In this document: positions 44,464 to 53,267 of the stretch, one piece after another | Layout of the letters: each line of letters opens with the position of its first letter | How positions within the stretch are numbered: the first letter of the stretch is position 1 | NCBI GenBank assembly: GCA_963840645.1 | Contig: CAWIZL010000002.1 | Coordinates: forward strand, 273,663 to 337,662 | Direction: 5' to 3' | DNA length: 64,000 nt | From: Candidatus Doudnabacteria bacterium | Lineage (GTDB): Bacteria; Patescibacteriota; Doudnabacteria; UBA920; VMFF01 | Notes under the pieces: generated by a model | Databases searched by the model: none | Told to the model about the DNA's origin: nothing | Seen by the model: only the letters and a program-made list of their open reading frames with translations | Translations under genes and position numbers: made by a program

Positions 44464-45627
44464 ATGCACACTGAAGAAACAAAAAGAAGCATAAAATTTG
44501 GGGTCAAAAAATGGGCGATTTTTGCTGCGACAGTTTTTGTTTTCTCGGCTGTTGTGGTAGCAGGGTACGCGCCTGGAAGTGCGATGGCAGCAGGTACTGT
44601 TGCCGCTGGTGGCCAGTGTCCAACTGGGAATGAGTGTACATCAGGTCTTACGTGTACGCAGGGCTACTGCTTGCCACCTAGTCTCACCAAGACGTGCAAC
44701 ACAACATCTAGCACTGCAGATGGCTGCGATGATGCGGATGGCTACGTCTGTATGTCTGGAACGTGTTTCAACACTTCAACTCAAACCGTCCAACCTGTCT
44801 CGAGCACGGCAGCGACACTTGGGACGCTTGGAATTTTTGTTACGGGTGAAACTGGTAACAGCGATGCCTCTTTGGCTTTTGGTGTATCGCCAACCTACTC
44901 GATGACAGCCACTGTTGGAGGTATTGGCGCTAACTATGCTTGTACACAGGCAACTTGTGGTAACTATAAATTTGCTTGGACAGATAATGGAAAACCTATA
45001 AACGGATGTTCGAATAACTACACGTGCTCTGATACCATACAGAATCCCACGTCTACTTCAAGAGATTCTGTAATGTACGTTTTGACCGACAGTAACGGTG
45101 GTACCCACAACAGTGCAGCAATAAACTTGACGCACGATACGAATACGGGAGACAACAGCGGCCTATCTGGTGGTGGCTTGAGCTTCGGCATTGTTGTGGT
45201 CAGTGAAGATGTCACTGTTAATCCGTCACCCTTCAACTTGTCGGCAACAGTTGGCGGCGTAACGTGTAACAACGCCAACAATAATCCCTCAGCAACGCCA
45301 CCTACAAACCTCTGCGGTGTGTACGGCATGGCTTGGTCTGCGAACAACACTCCAATACCAGGCTGTTCGAATACGTGGAACTGTAATTACAGCAGCCCAG
45401 ATTTAAATGATTCTGTTACGTACACGGTAACGAGCAATGGCACTGTGATCGGCACGAGCGGTGTTTTAAAAATTACACCAAACACAACTAATGGAAGCTC
45501 AGAGCGGTGGGTCTGGTGCATTGGCACCTGCAACGGCACAGCAAATAGCGAGTGCCGGGGCGGGTACAGTAACACCATGCCAAGACTCAGGCTGAGCACT
45601 GTCCAATCGTGGATATTATTACAGTAG
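44464..45627 (+). CDS. Secreted Cys-rich protein with an internally duplicated ~110-aa domain
   Basis: TM/signal WAIFAATVFVFSAVVVAGYA, then a Cys-knot-like CPTGNECTSGLTCTQGYC. Two repeats: ..MTATVGGIGANYACTQATCGNYKFAWTDNGKPINGCSNNYTC.. and ..LSATVGGVTCNN..LCGVYGMAWSANNTPIPGCSNTWNC.. Confidence 0.6.
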   Translation: MHTEETKRSIKFGVKKWAIFAATVFVFSAVVVAGYAPGSAMAAGTVAAGGQCPTGNECTSGLTCTQGYCLPPSLTKTCNTTSSTADGCDDADGYVCMSGTCFNTSTQTVQPVSSTAATLGTLGIFVTGETGNSDASLAFGVSPTYSMTATVGGIGANYACTQATCGNYKFAWTDNGKPINGCSNNYTCSDTIQNPTSTSRDSVMYVLTDSNGGTHNSAAINLTHDTNTGDNSGLSGGGLSFGIVVVSEDVTVNPSPFNLSATVGGVTCNNANNNPSATPPTNLCGVYGMAWSANNTPIPGCSNTWNCNYSSPDLNDSVTYTVTSNGTVIGTSGVLKITPNTTNGSSERWVWCIGTCNGTANSECRGGYSNTMPRLRLSTVQSWILLQ

Positions 45628-47564
45628 TCACCAACATTGCCACGACGTTTCTCACGTGGATATTCACGGCGATAATTTTGCCGATGATGCTCATCTTGCT
45701 CACGCTCCAGCCTCACACGCTCGCGTTCTCTGCCGTGATACTACAGGGTTGGGTTGTCGTGCGAAATGTTCTGAACATTGTGTTTGTTCTCGCGCTGCTT
45801 GCTGTTGGCCTCATGACGCTCTTTCGCCTGGGCAACTTTGATCCACAGCAGTGGCTCGTCAAAATTGTGACGAATGCGATCCTGGTAAACTTCAGTCTTG
45901 TCATTGCGCAGGCAATTCTTGGCGTGGCAGACACGTTGCAGGCACAGTTTCTGCCCGCAAATTCTGATGCCCTCAAAGTTATTGGCAGCACGCTCATTGG
46001 TTTCTCAGGCAAGGTATCCTTTACGGGCGCGCTTGCCCCAACGGGTAATTTTTCGCAGGCTATAGCGGCTATTCTAGGTGTCGTTGTGTCATTCTTCGTT
46101 GTGCTCGTGATGGTGATAATTACGGCGATGCTCGCGTACAGAATTGTAATGCTCTGGATTTTGCTCTTGCTGTCGCCAGCAGCCTACGCACTGAAAGTTT
46201 TGCCCTTTGGTGGTTTAGACAAGCAGGCCGCAAGGTGGTGGAAGGAATTTTTGTGCTGGTCGTTCTTCACGCCAATCATGGCACTCGGCCTTACCTTGAC
46301 CGTTGTAATATCTCAGACAGTCCAGCAATTTTTGCAGAGCCGGGCAAACCTTGCGTTCCCAGGTTCGCCGAGTGCTGCAACCAGCGCAGCCGCTGCCCTC
46401 ACGTACAACATTTTAATTATCTGCGTCGTGCTCGGCCTCTTGTACGGCTTTGAGAAAGCTGCGAAGGGGGGTTCGTGCGGGGGAGCAGGTGTAATTGTTG
46501 ACAAGGTTTCGAGCTTTGGCCACCAGACGTTGAAGGGTAAGGGCGCGTTCACAGCTGCGAACACCGTAAGGAACAAAGCTGCGGGTGCGAGTGCTGGGCT
46601 TGGGGCGAAACTTTCATCGAGCAACAATCAGTTTTTGAAAGATCTAGGCGCGGGTTTGACAGGAACTGCCGGTGCCCTGAAGTATGATCAAAAATTGAAG
46701 GATAAGTACGTTACCAACACTCCAGGTTTGAGGCTCCTCACTAAAGAGGGTAGAGAAAAAGCGCACGCGGAGAACGAGGCAGCGTTGAAAGATATCCACG
46801 AGAAGCGCATGACAGGTGTGAACGCAACCGAGAATTATAAGAAAGTTCAGAAGACCCGTGCAGACGAGGCAATTGCAAAGTACCAAAACCAATCGGCAAA
46901 GGATATATACGAAAAGTTTTTGCCAAATGCAAAACCAGAGGAACGAGAGGTTATCATGAGGTCAATCGCAGAGACAGGTAAAATGCCACAGGTTCTCAGG
47001 CAAATACCTACTGGAACACCTGAGGCGAGAGAAGCAGCGATTAAGGCTGGATACACTTTGGATGCTAATGACAAAGTTATATTCAACGAAGAAAATGTAC
47101 GCCAGTTCATCAAGGATCAGTCCCATGGAGATGCTGATACATTTAGCAGGATGACCAAAGCTGTTAGCGGCAAAGCTAAGAAAATAAATCAGATGGTTAA
47201 CGTGGGTGTCGATAAGGATACCGAAGCAGCATCTGAAAAGGCAAAGGTAGAGCATTTTGATAGTCTATCCGACCAAGATATGATGAAGATTAATGTGGAT
47301 GGGTTGAACCTTATCATGGGGCCATATAAGCGCGAAGAAGACGATCTTAAGACAGATGCTAATGGTAAACCGTATGATCCAATAATCCCTAAGGGTAAAA
47401 AACTCAAACCAGGTGATCCTATTCCTCCCGAGTATATTCCTCGTAGCAGAAGAGGTGCAGATAGGGAACTAGTTGAGAAGTTCCGAAAGGCGTATTTTGC
47501 ACAGAGCAGAGCTGAACAAAATAAAGTTTCTTCTAAGGTCAAAGACTGGGCAGGTGTAATGTAA
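45609..47564 (+). CDS. VirB6/TrbL-like polytopic membrane protein with a ~300-aa charged C-terminal extension
   Basis: The first ~300 aa hold 6-7 TM helices (for example AIAAILGVVVSFFVVLVMVIITAMLAYRIVMLWILLLLSPAAYAL). The Lys/Glu-rich tail is lower in GC. Confidence 0.6.
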   Translation: MDIITVVTNIATTFLTWIFTAIILPMMLILLTLQPHTLAFSAVILQGWVVVRNVLNIVFVLALLAVGLMTLFRLGNFDPQQWLVKIVTNAILVNFSLVIAQAILGVADTLQAQFLPANSDALKVIGSTLIGFSGKVSFTGALAPTGNFSQAIAAILGVVVSFFVVLVMVIITAMLAYRIVMLWILLLLSPAAYALKVLPFGGLDKQAARWWKEFLCWSFFTPIMALGLTLTVVISQTVQQFLQSRANLAFPGSPSAATSAAAALTYNILIICVVLGLLYGFEKAAKGGSCGGAGVIVDKVSSFGHQTLKGKGAFTAANTVRNKAAGASAGLGAKLSSSNNQFLKDLGAGLTGTAGALKYDQKLKDKYVTNTPGLRLLTKEGREKAHAENEAALKDIHEKRMTGVNATENYKKVQKTRADEAIAKYQNQSAKDIYEKFLPNAKPEEREVIMRSIAETGKMPQVLRQIPTGTPEAREAAIKAGYTLDANDKVIFNEENVRQFIKDQSHGDADTFSRMTKAVSGKAKKINQMVNVGVDKDTEAASEKAKVEHFDSLSDQDMMKINVDGLNLIMGPYKREEDDLKTDANGKPYDPIIPKGKKLKPGDPIPPEYIPRSRRGADRELVEKFRKAYFAQSRAEQNKVSSKVKDWAGVM

Positions 47565-47568
47565 TCTC

Positions 47569-48603
47569 ATGCCAACACAAGACCTCGAACAAATTACCAC
47601 AGACATTTCCGACGCCCTCTGGAACGGCACGCTGGCTGATCGACAGGAAACTGCTGATCAGCTCATGGCGTACCTGACGAGTGCACCTGGCCAAGACCTG
47701 GCACGCTCGAATTCTGCGCAGTACGACCAGCTCATCAAGCAGTGGGTGCTGCTCAGCTTCAGCGCGTTCACCATCTTGCCGCAGGACGAGCAGCAAGACC
47801 TGCTCAAGACGCGCTTGCTCGTTGCCATTCAAGCAGGCTACAAGGCTGAAGATTTCACGCAAGCGTTCTTTGATATGTACGAGACAGATGAATTTCTGGC
47901 ACCAATGTTCACAGGTTTCGCGGCACTCCTCCAGCAGAACACAGAGACCCTCGGCGCAACGTCTTTAGACGTTGGCGGCACAAAGTACCTGCCGCAGGTT
48001 CGCTACTGGCTGCTCGACTACGCAAAGTTCCCATCGCAGTCTGCGCGCCGCAACTCTATAGACCGCCTCAACTACGTGAACACGAGTCCAAACGGACGCC
48101 AGCTCACGCAGGTGCAGCGCAACCAGCTCTTAGAAATTTTGAAGCTGAACGATGCGCTGAATTCAGTTGATCGTCCAGCAGAGCCAGCACCACGGGTGCA
48201 GCAACCTGCTCCGCAGCCCGTCCCACAACCCAAGCCGCAGTCTGCTGCGCCTCAACCACAGTCGAAACCAGTAGTGCCTACGCCACCACCAGCGCCCGTA
48301 CAACAGCCACCGCCAATGCCAAAGCCTCCAGTGCCAGCACCAGTCCCACCTCCGCGGCCACCGCAGCCTGTTCCAGTGAGTCCAGTGAGCATTCCTCAGA
48401 ACCCGCAGAAAGATTTACCGCGTGGCTTGCCAGTGTACGAGAAAGATCTGCCTCCTCCGCGACCACAGCCGCCTGTTCAAGCGCCACCTCTTGCTCCTGC
48501 GCCAGTTGCACCACCCGCACCACCAGTCCCGCTCATGCCAACCATAGACATAGACCAGAAGCTCCGCGACCTCGCCAGCAGAGCAGGAAAGGAGCCCACA
48601 TGA
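47569..48603 (+). CDS. Hypothetical protein with a long proline-rich C-terminal region
   Basis: Track ORF; ..PAPQPVPQPKPQSAAPQPQSKPVVPTPPPAPVQQPPPMPKPPVPAPVPPPRPPQPVP.. Confidence 0.55.
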   Translation: MPTQDLEQITTDISDALWNGTLADRQETADQLMAYLTSAPGQDLARSNSAQYDQLIKQWVLLSFSAFTILPQDEQQDLLKTRLLVAIQAGYKAEDFTQAFFDMYETDEFLAPMFTGFAALLQQNTETLGATSLDVGGTKYLPQVRYWLLDYAKFPSQSARRNSIDRLNYVNTSPNGRQLTQVQRNQLLEILKLNDALNSVDRPAEPAPRVQQPAPQPVPQPKPQSAAPQPQSKPVVPTPPPAPVQQPPPMPKPPVPAPVPPPRPPQPVPVSPVSIPQNPQKDLPRGLPVYEKDLPPPRPQPPVQAPPLAPAPVAPPAPPVPLMPTIDIDQKLRDLASRAGKEPT

Positions 48604-49366
48604 ACAGTGCAAACTTAGGCAAGGTGCGCAGCCTCATTGCCACAACGCAGCTTTTGAACGACCAGGAAAAAGCTGAGTGGACACAGCACTTGGCGAGCAT
48701 GAACGACCAGCAGGTTGAGAGCCTCATCGCGTTCCTCACGCCAAAGGACAAAGTTGCGCCACCACCAGCGCCATCTCCTCCACCACCAGCAGCACCAACG
48801 TCCCTCGAAAAAGTTATGGCGAGCGTTGTTGCCGCACACGCCGAGAGCCAGAGTCCAAAGGTGTCGCAACCAATCCCACAGCCAATCCCAGCGCCATCTC
48901 CAGCACCGCCGCAGCCAGTGCCGCCACCATCTCCAGCACCACAGCCAGTGCCAAAGCCCCAGCCGCTCAAGCCCCTGCAGTCTGCACCGCCACCAGCAGC
49001 ACCCACCGGAAAGATGGCGCAGCCAAAGCTTGCCGAGTACTCAGACCAGCTCGTGCACGACGGCTCATTGCACGTCTCAAGCAGCCTCAAGATTTTGCAA
49101 AGCTGTCTACGCAGGACATCCACTACACGCACCCTGAAAAAGTTTTCACAGCCGTCTACCAGCACACCGTAGAGATGGTGAAGTCGCAGCCAGGTTGGAC
49201 AATCGTGCAGAGCCTTGAGTCTAGCCCGCTGTACCAAGCGTACATCGACACAGGCCACCTCCTGCTCAACGACGCGAACGCTGACACGAGCCGCTTTGAC
49301 ATGTCAAAAGAAGAGTTTGAGGCGTTCGCGGATTTCCGCAGGAGCATGAACGCAATTGGTGGGTAG
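48600..49366 (+). CDS. Hypothetical proline-rich protein, split by an indel near 49062
   Basis: ORF 48600..49172 joins 49175..49366 through an adjacent frame: ..YSDQLVHDG / LIARLKQPQDFAKLSTQDIHYTHPEKVFTAVYQHTVEMVKSQPGW.. Confidence 0.5.
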
Positions 49367-49392
49367 GCCGCGCTATACTGTATACTTTCACT

Positions 49393-49830
49393 ATGCTCCA
49401 ATTCAACGTCCCACAGTTCATTGATGTCGAGGATAAAATTATTGGGGTGCTCACCATCAAGCAGTTTGCGTTCATTGCCGCTGGCGGCCTGCTCGACGTT
49501 GCCCTGTTCAAGCTCTCGTACCCGAACGCTGCGTTCTGGTTCGGCGTTTTCCCAATCACGGGCATTGCGGCGTTCATGGCGTTCTTCAAGTTCAATGGGC
49601 GCCCAATCTACAGCTCGCTGCACATCCTCACAGACTACGCCAGCCAGAGCAAGCTCTACGTTTTCAAGCAGAACCCACAGCACCTCGACGCGAGCATCCT
49701 GAAGCAGGCGCCACCCCAGGCAAAGGCTGCGCCAGTTGACACCAGAGAGCAGAAGGGGAGCCAGCTCAAGCAGATTGCCGCTCTGCTCGACAGCAAGAGC
49801 GCAGAAGAGAGCGACACACTAAAAATCTAG
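49393..49830 (+). CDS. PrgI-family (VirB3-like) small membrane protein
   Basis: MLQFNVPQFIDVEDKIIGVLTIKQFAFIAAGGLL.. matches the PrgI N-terminal pattern (vP.fid.EdKiiG.lt.kQf). Two TM helices. Confidence 0.6.
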   Translation: MLQFNVPQFIDVEDKIIGVLTIKQFAFIAAGGLLDVALFKLSYPNAAFWFGVFPITGIAAFMAFFKFNGRPIYSSLHILTDYASQSKLYVFKQNPQHLDASILKQAPPQAKAAPVDTREQKGSQLKQIAALLDSKSAEESDTLKI

Positions 49831-49832
49831 CA

Positions 49833-50528
49833 ATGCCAGACAAAGAGCCAAAACCAAAGTCACAGCTCCACGCGAAGAGCACCCAGTCGTTCCTCAAGGT
49901 TGCAGAGGTGCGCTCTGACACCATGATTTTGGAAGACGGCAAGTACTGCGCAATCCTCGCCGTGGCGAGCACGAACTACGCCCTCAAGAACCCAGAAGAA
50001 CAGAAGGCGCTCATCTTTGGCTACCAGAACTTTCTGAACCAGCTCGAGTTTGACATACAGATCCTCATGCAGTCGCGCAAGATGAACATTGACTCGTACC
50101 TCGAGGAGCTGCGCAAGGTGATGGAGCAGCAGACCAACGAGCTGCTGCGCGTGCAGACAGCAGAGTACATAGAGTTCATCGGCAAGCTCATCGAGAGCGC
50201 GAGCGTCATGAACAAGAGCTTCTACGTCATTGTGCCGTACTGGCCAGGTGGGGCTGCAACCGCAAAATCAGCTGGTGGGTTGCTCTCCCTTTTTTCTCGT
50301 GGCAGCGCAAAGCAGGAAATTACCGACAGGCTGAAGAACTTTGAAGCCTCAAAGGCAAAGCTCGACCAGCGCGTGGCCACTGTGGCTGGTGGCTTCAGCT
50401 CGATAGGGCTCAAGAGCGTGCAGCTCAACACGCAGGCAATCATTGAGCTCGTGTACAACTCGTACAACTTTGAGGCTGGCCCGCTCATTGACGCGAGCAA
50501 GCTGGCAGACATTAAATTGGACACCTAG
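49833..50528 (+). CDS. Stand-alone VirB4-N-terminal-domain-like protein
   Basis: FLKVAEVRSDTMILEDGKYCAILAVASTNYALKNPEEQKALIFGYQNFLNQLEFDIQILMQSRKMNIDSYL parallels the N-domain of the following VirB4-like ORF. Confidence 0.45.
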   Translation: MPDKEPKPKSQLHAKSTQSFLKVAEVRSDTMILEDGKYCAILAVASTNYALKNPEEQKALIFGYQNFLNQLEFDIQILMQSRKMNIDSYLEELRKVMEQQTNELLRVQTAEYIEFIGKLIESASVMNKSFYVIVPYWPGGAATAKSAGGLLSLFSRGSAKQEITDRLKNFEASKAKLDQRVATVAGGFSSIGLKSVQLNTQAIIELVYNSYNFEAGPLIDASKLADIKLDT

Positions 50529-50530
50529 CC

Positions 50531-52378
50531 ATGCCAACCACAGTACCGCCAACAGCTGAAGAGCTGGCTGGAGCAGCGACAAAGCACGATGACCAGGCAA
50601 CCACAAAGAAGGTCATTGAGGTCGAGGAAGAGTACCGCCGCGGCATTGTCTCGCTGCGCGACATTCTGGCGCCATCTGCGCTCAAGTTCGATGCGTCGTA
50701 CTTTACCCTCAACGGCAAGGTTGGCCGAACGTTCTTCGTGCTCGCGTACCCGCGCTTCCTTTCGGCTGACTGGCTCTCAGAGGTCATCACGCTCGAGACC
50801 CCGCTCGACATGTCAATGTTCATCTACCCAATTGACTCAGCTGATATTTTAAAGAAGCTGCGCTCAAAGGTTGGGCAGATCGGCTCGCAGATTGCCATAG
50901 ACCAAGAAAAGGGCAACGTGCGCGATCCAGTTCTGGAAACTGGGTACAAGGACGTTGAGTTCTTGCGCGACGCGCTGCAGCAGGGCACAGAGCGCTTCTT
51001 CCGGTTTGCCCTCTACTTCACCCTGTACTGCGATGACGTTGCGCAGCTCGACAAGTACTCGAGCATCTTAGAGTCAACATTGTCGGCTCGCCTCGTGGTG
51101 ACCAAGCGCGCCATTCTGCAGACGCAGGCTGGCCTGAACTCCACGTTGCCCGTTTCTTCAAACGAGCTCGACATCTCAACGAACATGAACACGTCGCCGC
51201 TCTCGACAACGTTCCCGTTCGTGTCTGCAGAGCTATCTGCGAACGAGGGCATCCTGTACGGCATCAACCGCCACAACAACTCGCTCATCATCTTCGACAG
51301 GTTCAAGATGGAGAACGCAAACTCTGTGACGTTCGCAAAGTCTGGCGCTGGCAAGTCGTACTCCGTGAAGCTGGAGGTTCTGCGCAGCATGATGATTGGC
51401 ACTGACGTGATCATCATTGACCCTGAGAACGAGTACCAGCACCTGGCAGACGCGGTAGCCGGCGCGTACCTGAACGTGTCTTTAAATTCCGAGTCGCGCG
51501 TGAACCCGTTCGACCTGCCGCTCCCAATCGAGGGCGACGACAACGCGGACATCTTAAGGAGCGCCATCATCAACGTGCTCGGCCTCATGAACCTCATGGT
51601 GGGCAAGATGAACGCCACAGAAGAGGCCATCATGGACAAGGCCCTGTGGCAGACGTACGCAAAGAAAGACATTACAGAGACGAGCGACTTCCGCAGCATT
51701 GTTGCGCCGACCATGGGCGACCTGGTGGAAATTCTCAGCGGCATGGTTGGCGGTGAATCGCTCGCCCAGCGCCTCACCAAGTACACTGACGGCACGTTCG
51801 CGGGCATCTTCAACCAGCAGTCAAACATTGTGCTCAACAACCAGCTCGTGGTGTTCTCGATTCGCGACCTGGAAGATTCGCTGCGGCCAATTGCCATGTA
51901 CGTAATCTTGAACTACGTGTGGAGCATTGTGCGCTCTACTTTGAAGCGGCGTATCCTGGTGCTCGACGAGGCGTGGATCATGATGCAGTTTGAAGACTCA
52001 GCGCGCTTCCTGTTCGGCATTGCAAAGCGCGCGCGCAAGTACTACCTGGGCGTGTCCACCATTACGCAGGACGTGAACGATTTCATGAGCAGCCCGTACG
52101 GCAAGCCTATTGTCACGAACTCTTCTATACAGCTCTTGCTCAAGCAGTCGCCAGCTGCAATTGACATCATCTCGCAGACGTTCTTCTTGACCGAAGGCGA
52201 GAAGTACCTGCTGCTCGAGAGCGACGTTGGCGAAGGAATTTTCTTTGCGGGCCTCAAGCACGCGGCCATTAAAATTTACGCGTCGTACGTTGAGGGCCAG
52301 ATTATTACCACAGACCCGAAGCAGCTTTTGGAGCTGCAGCAAGCGAAGGCGAGCGCGAGCGTAGAGGGCAGTAGTTAG
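50531..52378 (+). CDS. VirB4/TrbE/PrgJ-like type IV secretion ATPase
   Basis: VTFAKSGAGKSYSVK (Walker A), RILVLDEAWIMM (Walker B), RKYYLGVSTITQD. N-domain: GKVGRTFFVLAYPRFLSADWLSEV. Confidence 0.88.
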   Translation: MPTTVPPTAEELAGAATKHDDQATTKKVIEVEEEYRRGIVSLRDILAPSALKFDASYFTLNGKVGRTFFVLAYPRFLSADWLSEVITLETPLDMSMFIYPIDSADILKKLRSKVGQIGSQIAIDQEKGNVRDPVLETGYKDVEFLRDALQQGTERFFRFALYFTLYCDDVAQLDKYSSILESTLSARLVVTKRAILQTQAGLNSTLPVSSNELDISTNMNTSPLSTTFPFVSAELSANEGILYGINRHNNSLIIFDRFKMENANSVTFAKSGAGKSYSVKLEVLRSMMIGTDVIIIDPENEYQHLADAVAGAYLNVSLNSESRVNPFDLPLPIEGDDNADILRSAIINVLGLMNLMVGKMNATEEAIMDKALWQTYAKKDITETSDFRSIVAPTMGDLVEILSGMVGGESLAQRLTKYTDGTFAGIFNQQSNIVLNNQLVVFSIRDLEDSLRPIAMYVILNYVWSIVRSTLKRRILVLDEAWIMMQFEDSARFLFGIAKRARKYYLGVSTITQDVNDFMSSPYGKPIVTNSSIQLLLKQSPAAIDIISQTFFLTEGEKYLLLESDVGEGIFFAGLKHAAIKIYASYVEGQIITTDPKQLLELQQAKASASVEGSS

Positions 52379-52408
52379 TATGAGTATTCAGTAGACAACT
52401 ACCCACCT
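52366..52408 (+). repeat. Truncated third copy (E3) of the E1/E2 element
   Basis: CAGTAGTTAGTATGAGTATTCAGTAGACAACTAC compared with the mRNA-sense E1 AAGTAGTTAGTATGAGTATTCAATAGCCAAACTAC. It starts in the VirB4-like stop codon and ends at the next ATG. Confidence 0.6.
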
Positions 52409-53170
52409 ATGCCTGTTGCTGACATTGACGAAGAGAATGAAATTGACCTAGAGGACGTTCCAACTGACGACGCTGAGCGCGCAAGGTCTGTTGATGGCGT
52501 TGTCCCAAAGCAAGTTTTTAAAAGTGAGCGAGACATTCCCGAAGCAGCTGTTACGGCTGAGGCGGTGCCTGTCGAGGGAAACCTGTACGGCAGGCAGGCT
52601 GCGCCTGGTGCTGGCTACTACGGTGAGGGCAGAGACCTCCACCCAGGCAAGGAGGCTGCGAGACCTGTTGGCAGTGGACAAGGCGGACAAACTGGAGGTG
52701 AAAACGAAGGTGAGGTTGGTGACGAAGAGGTGGGCAGCGCGGGCTACGCGTACCAGGGTGATGATGTTGAAGGTGGTGGTGGCGTTCTGCGTGAGCAGGG
52801 CCAAGTGCAAGGACCAGATGCTTTTGCCTACGACGAGACCGGTGATCAAACTGTTGGCCAGCCTCGAGAAAGCAGGACAGTGAGCGTTGCGAAAAATATT
52901 GCAGAAGAGGCTCTCGAAGACGACGCACGTGAGGCCTTGGCAGTTGAAACTGCTGGTGCGTCTGAGCTCGCGCTCTGGATAAAGAAGCACCCAACAGCCA
53001 CGGTGGTGATTGTTTGCGCTGCGCTCCTCGTGCTGCTGTTGGCCATTGTCCTGATCATAGTCCTCCTCGGCGAGTTTGCGTGCAACAGCACTGTCAGCAG
53101 TGTGACCTCTTGGATATACGGACACATTGGGGGCACAGACTACTGCTCAATGCTGCCAAAGATCACCTGA
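52409..53170 (+). CDS. Acidic, Gly-rich protein with a C-terminal TM anchor
   Basis: Track ORF; ..ATVVIVCAALLVLLLAIVLIIVLLGEF near the C-terminus. Confidence 0.5.
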   Translation: MPVADIDEENEIDLEDVPTDDAERARSVDGVVPKQVFKSERDIPEAAVTAEAVPVEGNLYGRQAAPGAGYYGEGRDLHPGKEAARPVGSGQGGQTGGENEGEVGDEEVGSAGYAYQGDDVEGGGGVLREQGQVQGPDAFAYDETGDQTVGQPRESRTVSVAKNIAEEALEDDAREALAVETAGASELALWIKKHPTATVVIVCAALLVLLLAIVLIIVLLGEFACNSTVSSVTSWIYGHIGGTDYCSMLPKIT

Positions 53171-53267
53171 AGCTGGATAGCTCTATCCACAGCAAAGCCT
53201 TGCGCGGGCCGCAGATTTTATGCATAATGTATGCAGGTAGCTTACTCAAGTAAGAGAAATAAAAACA

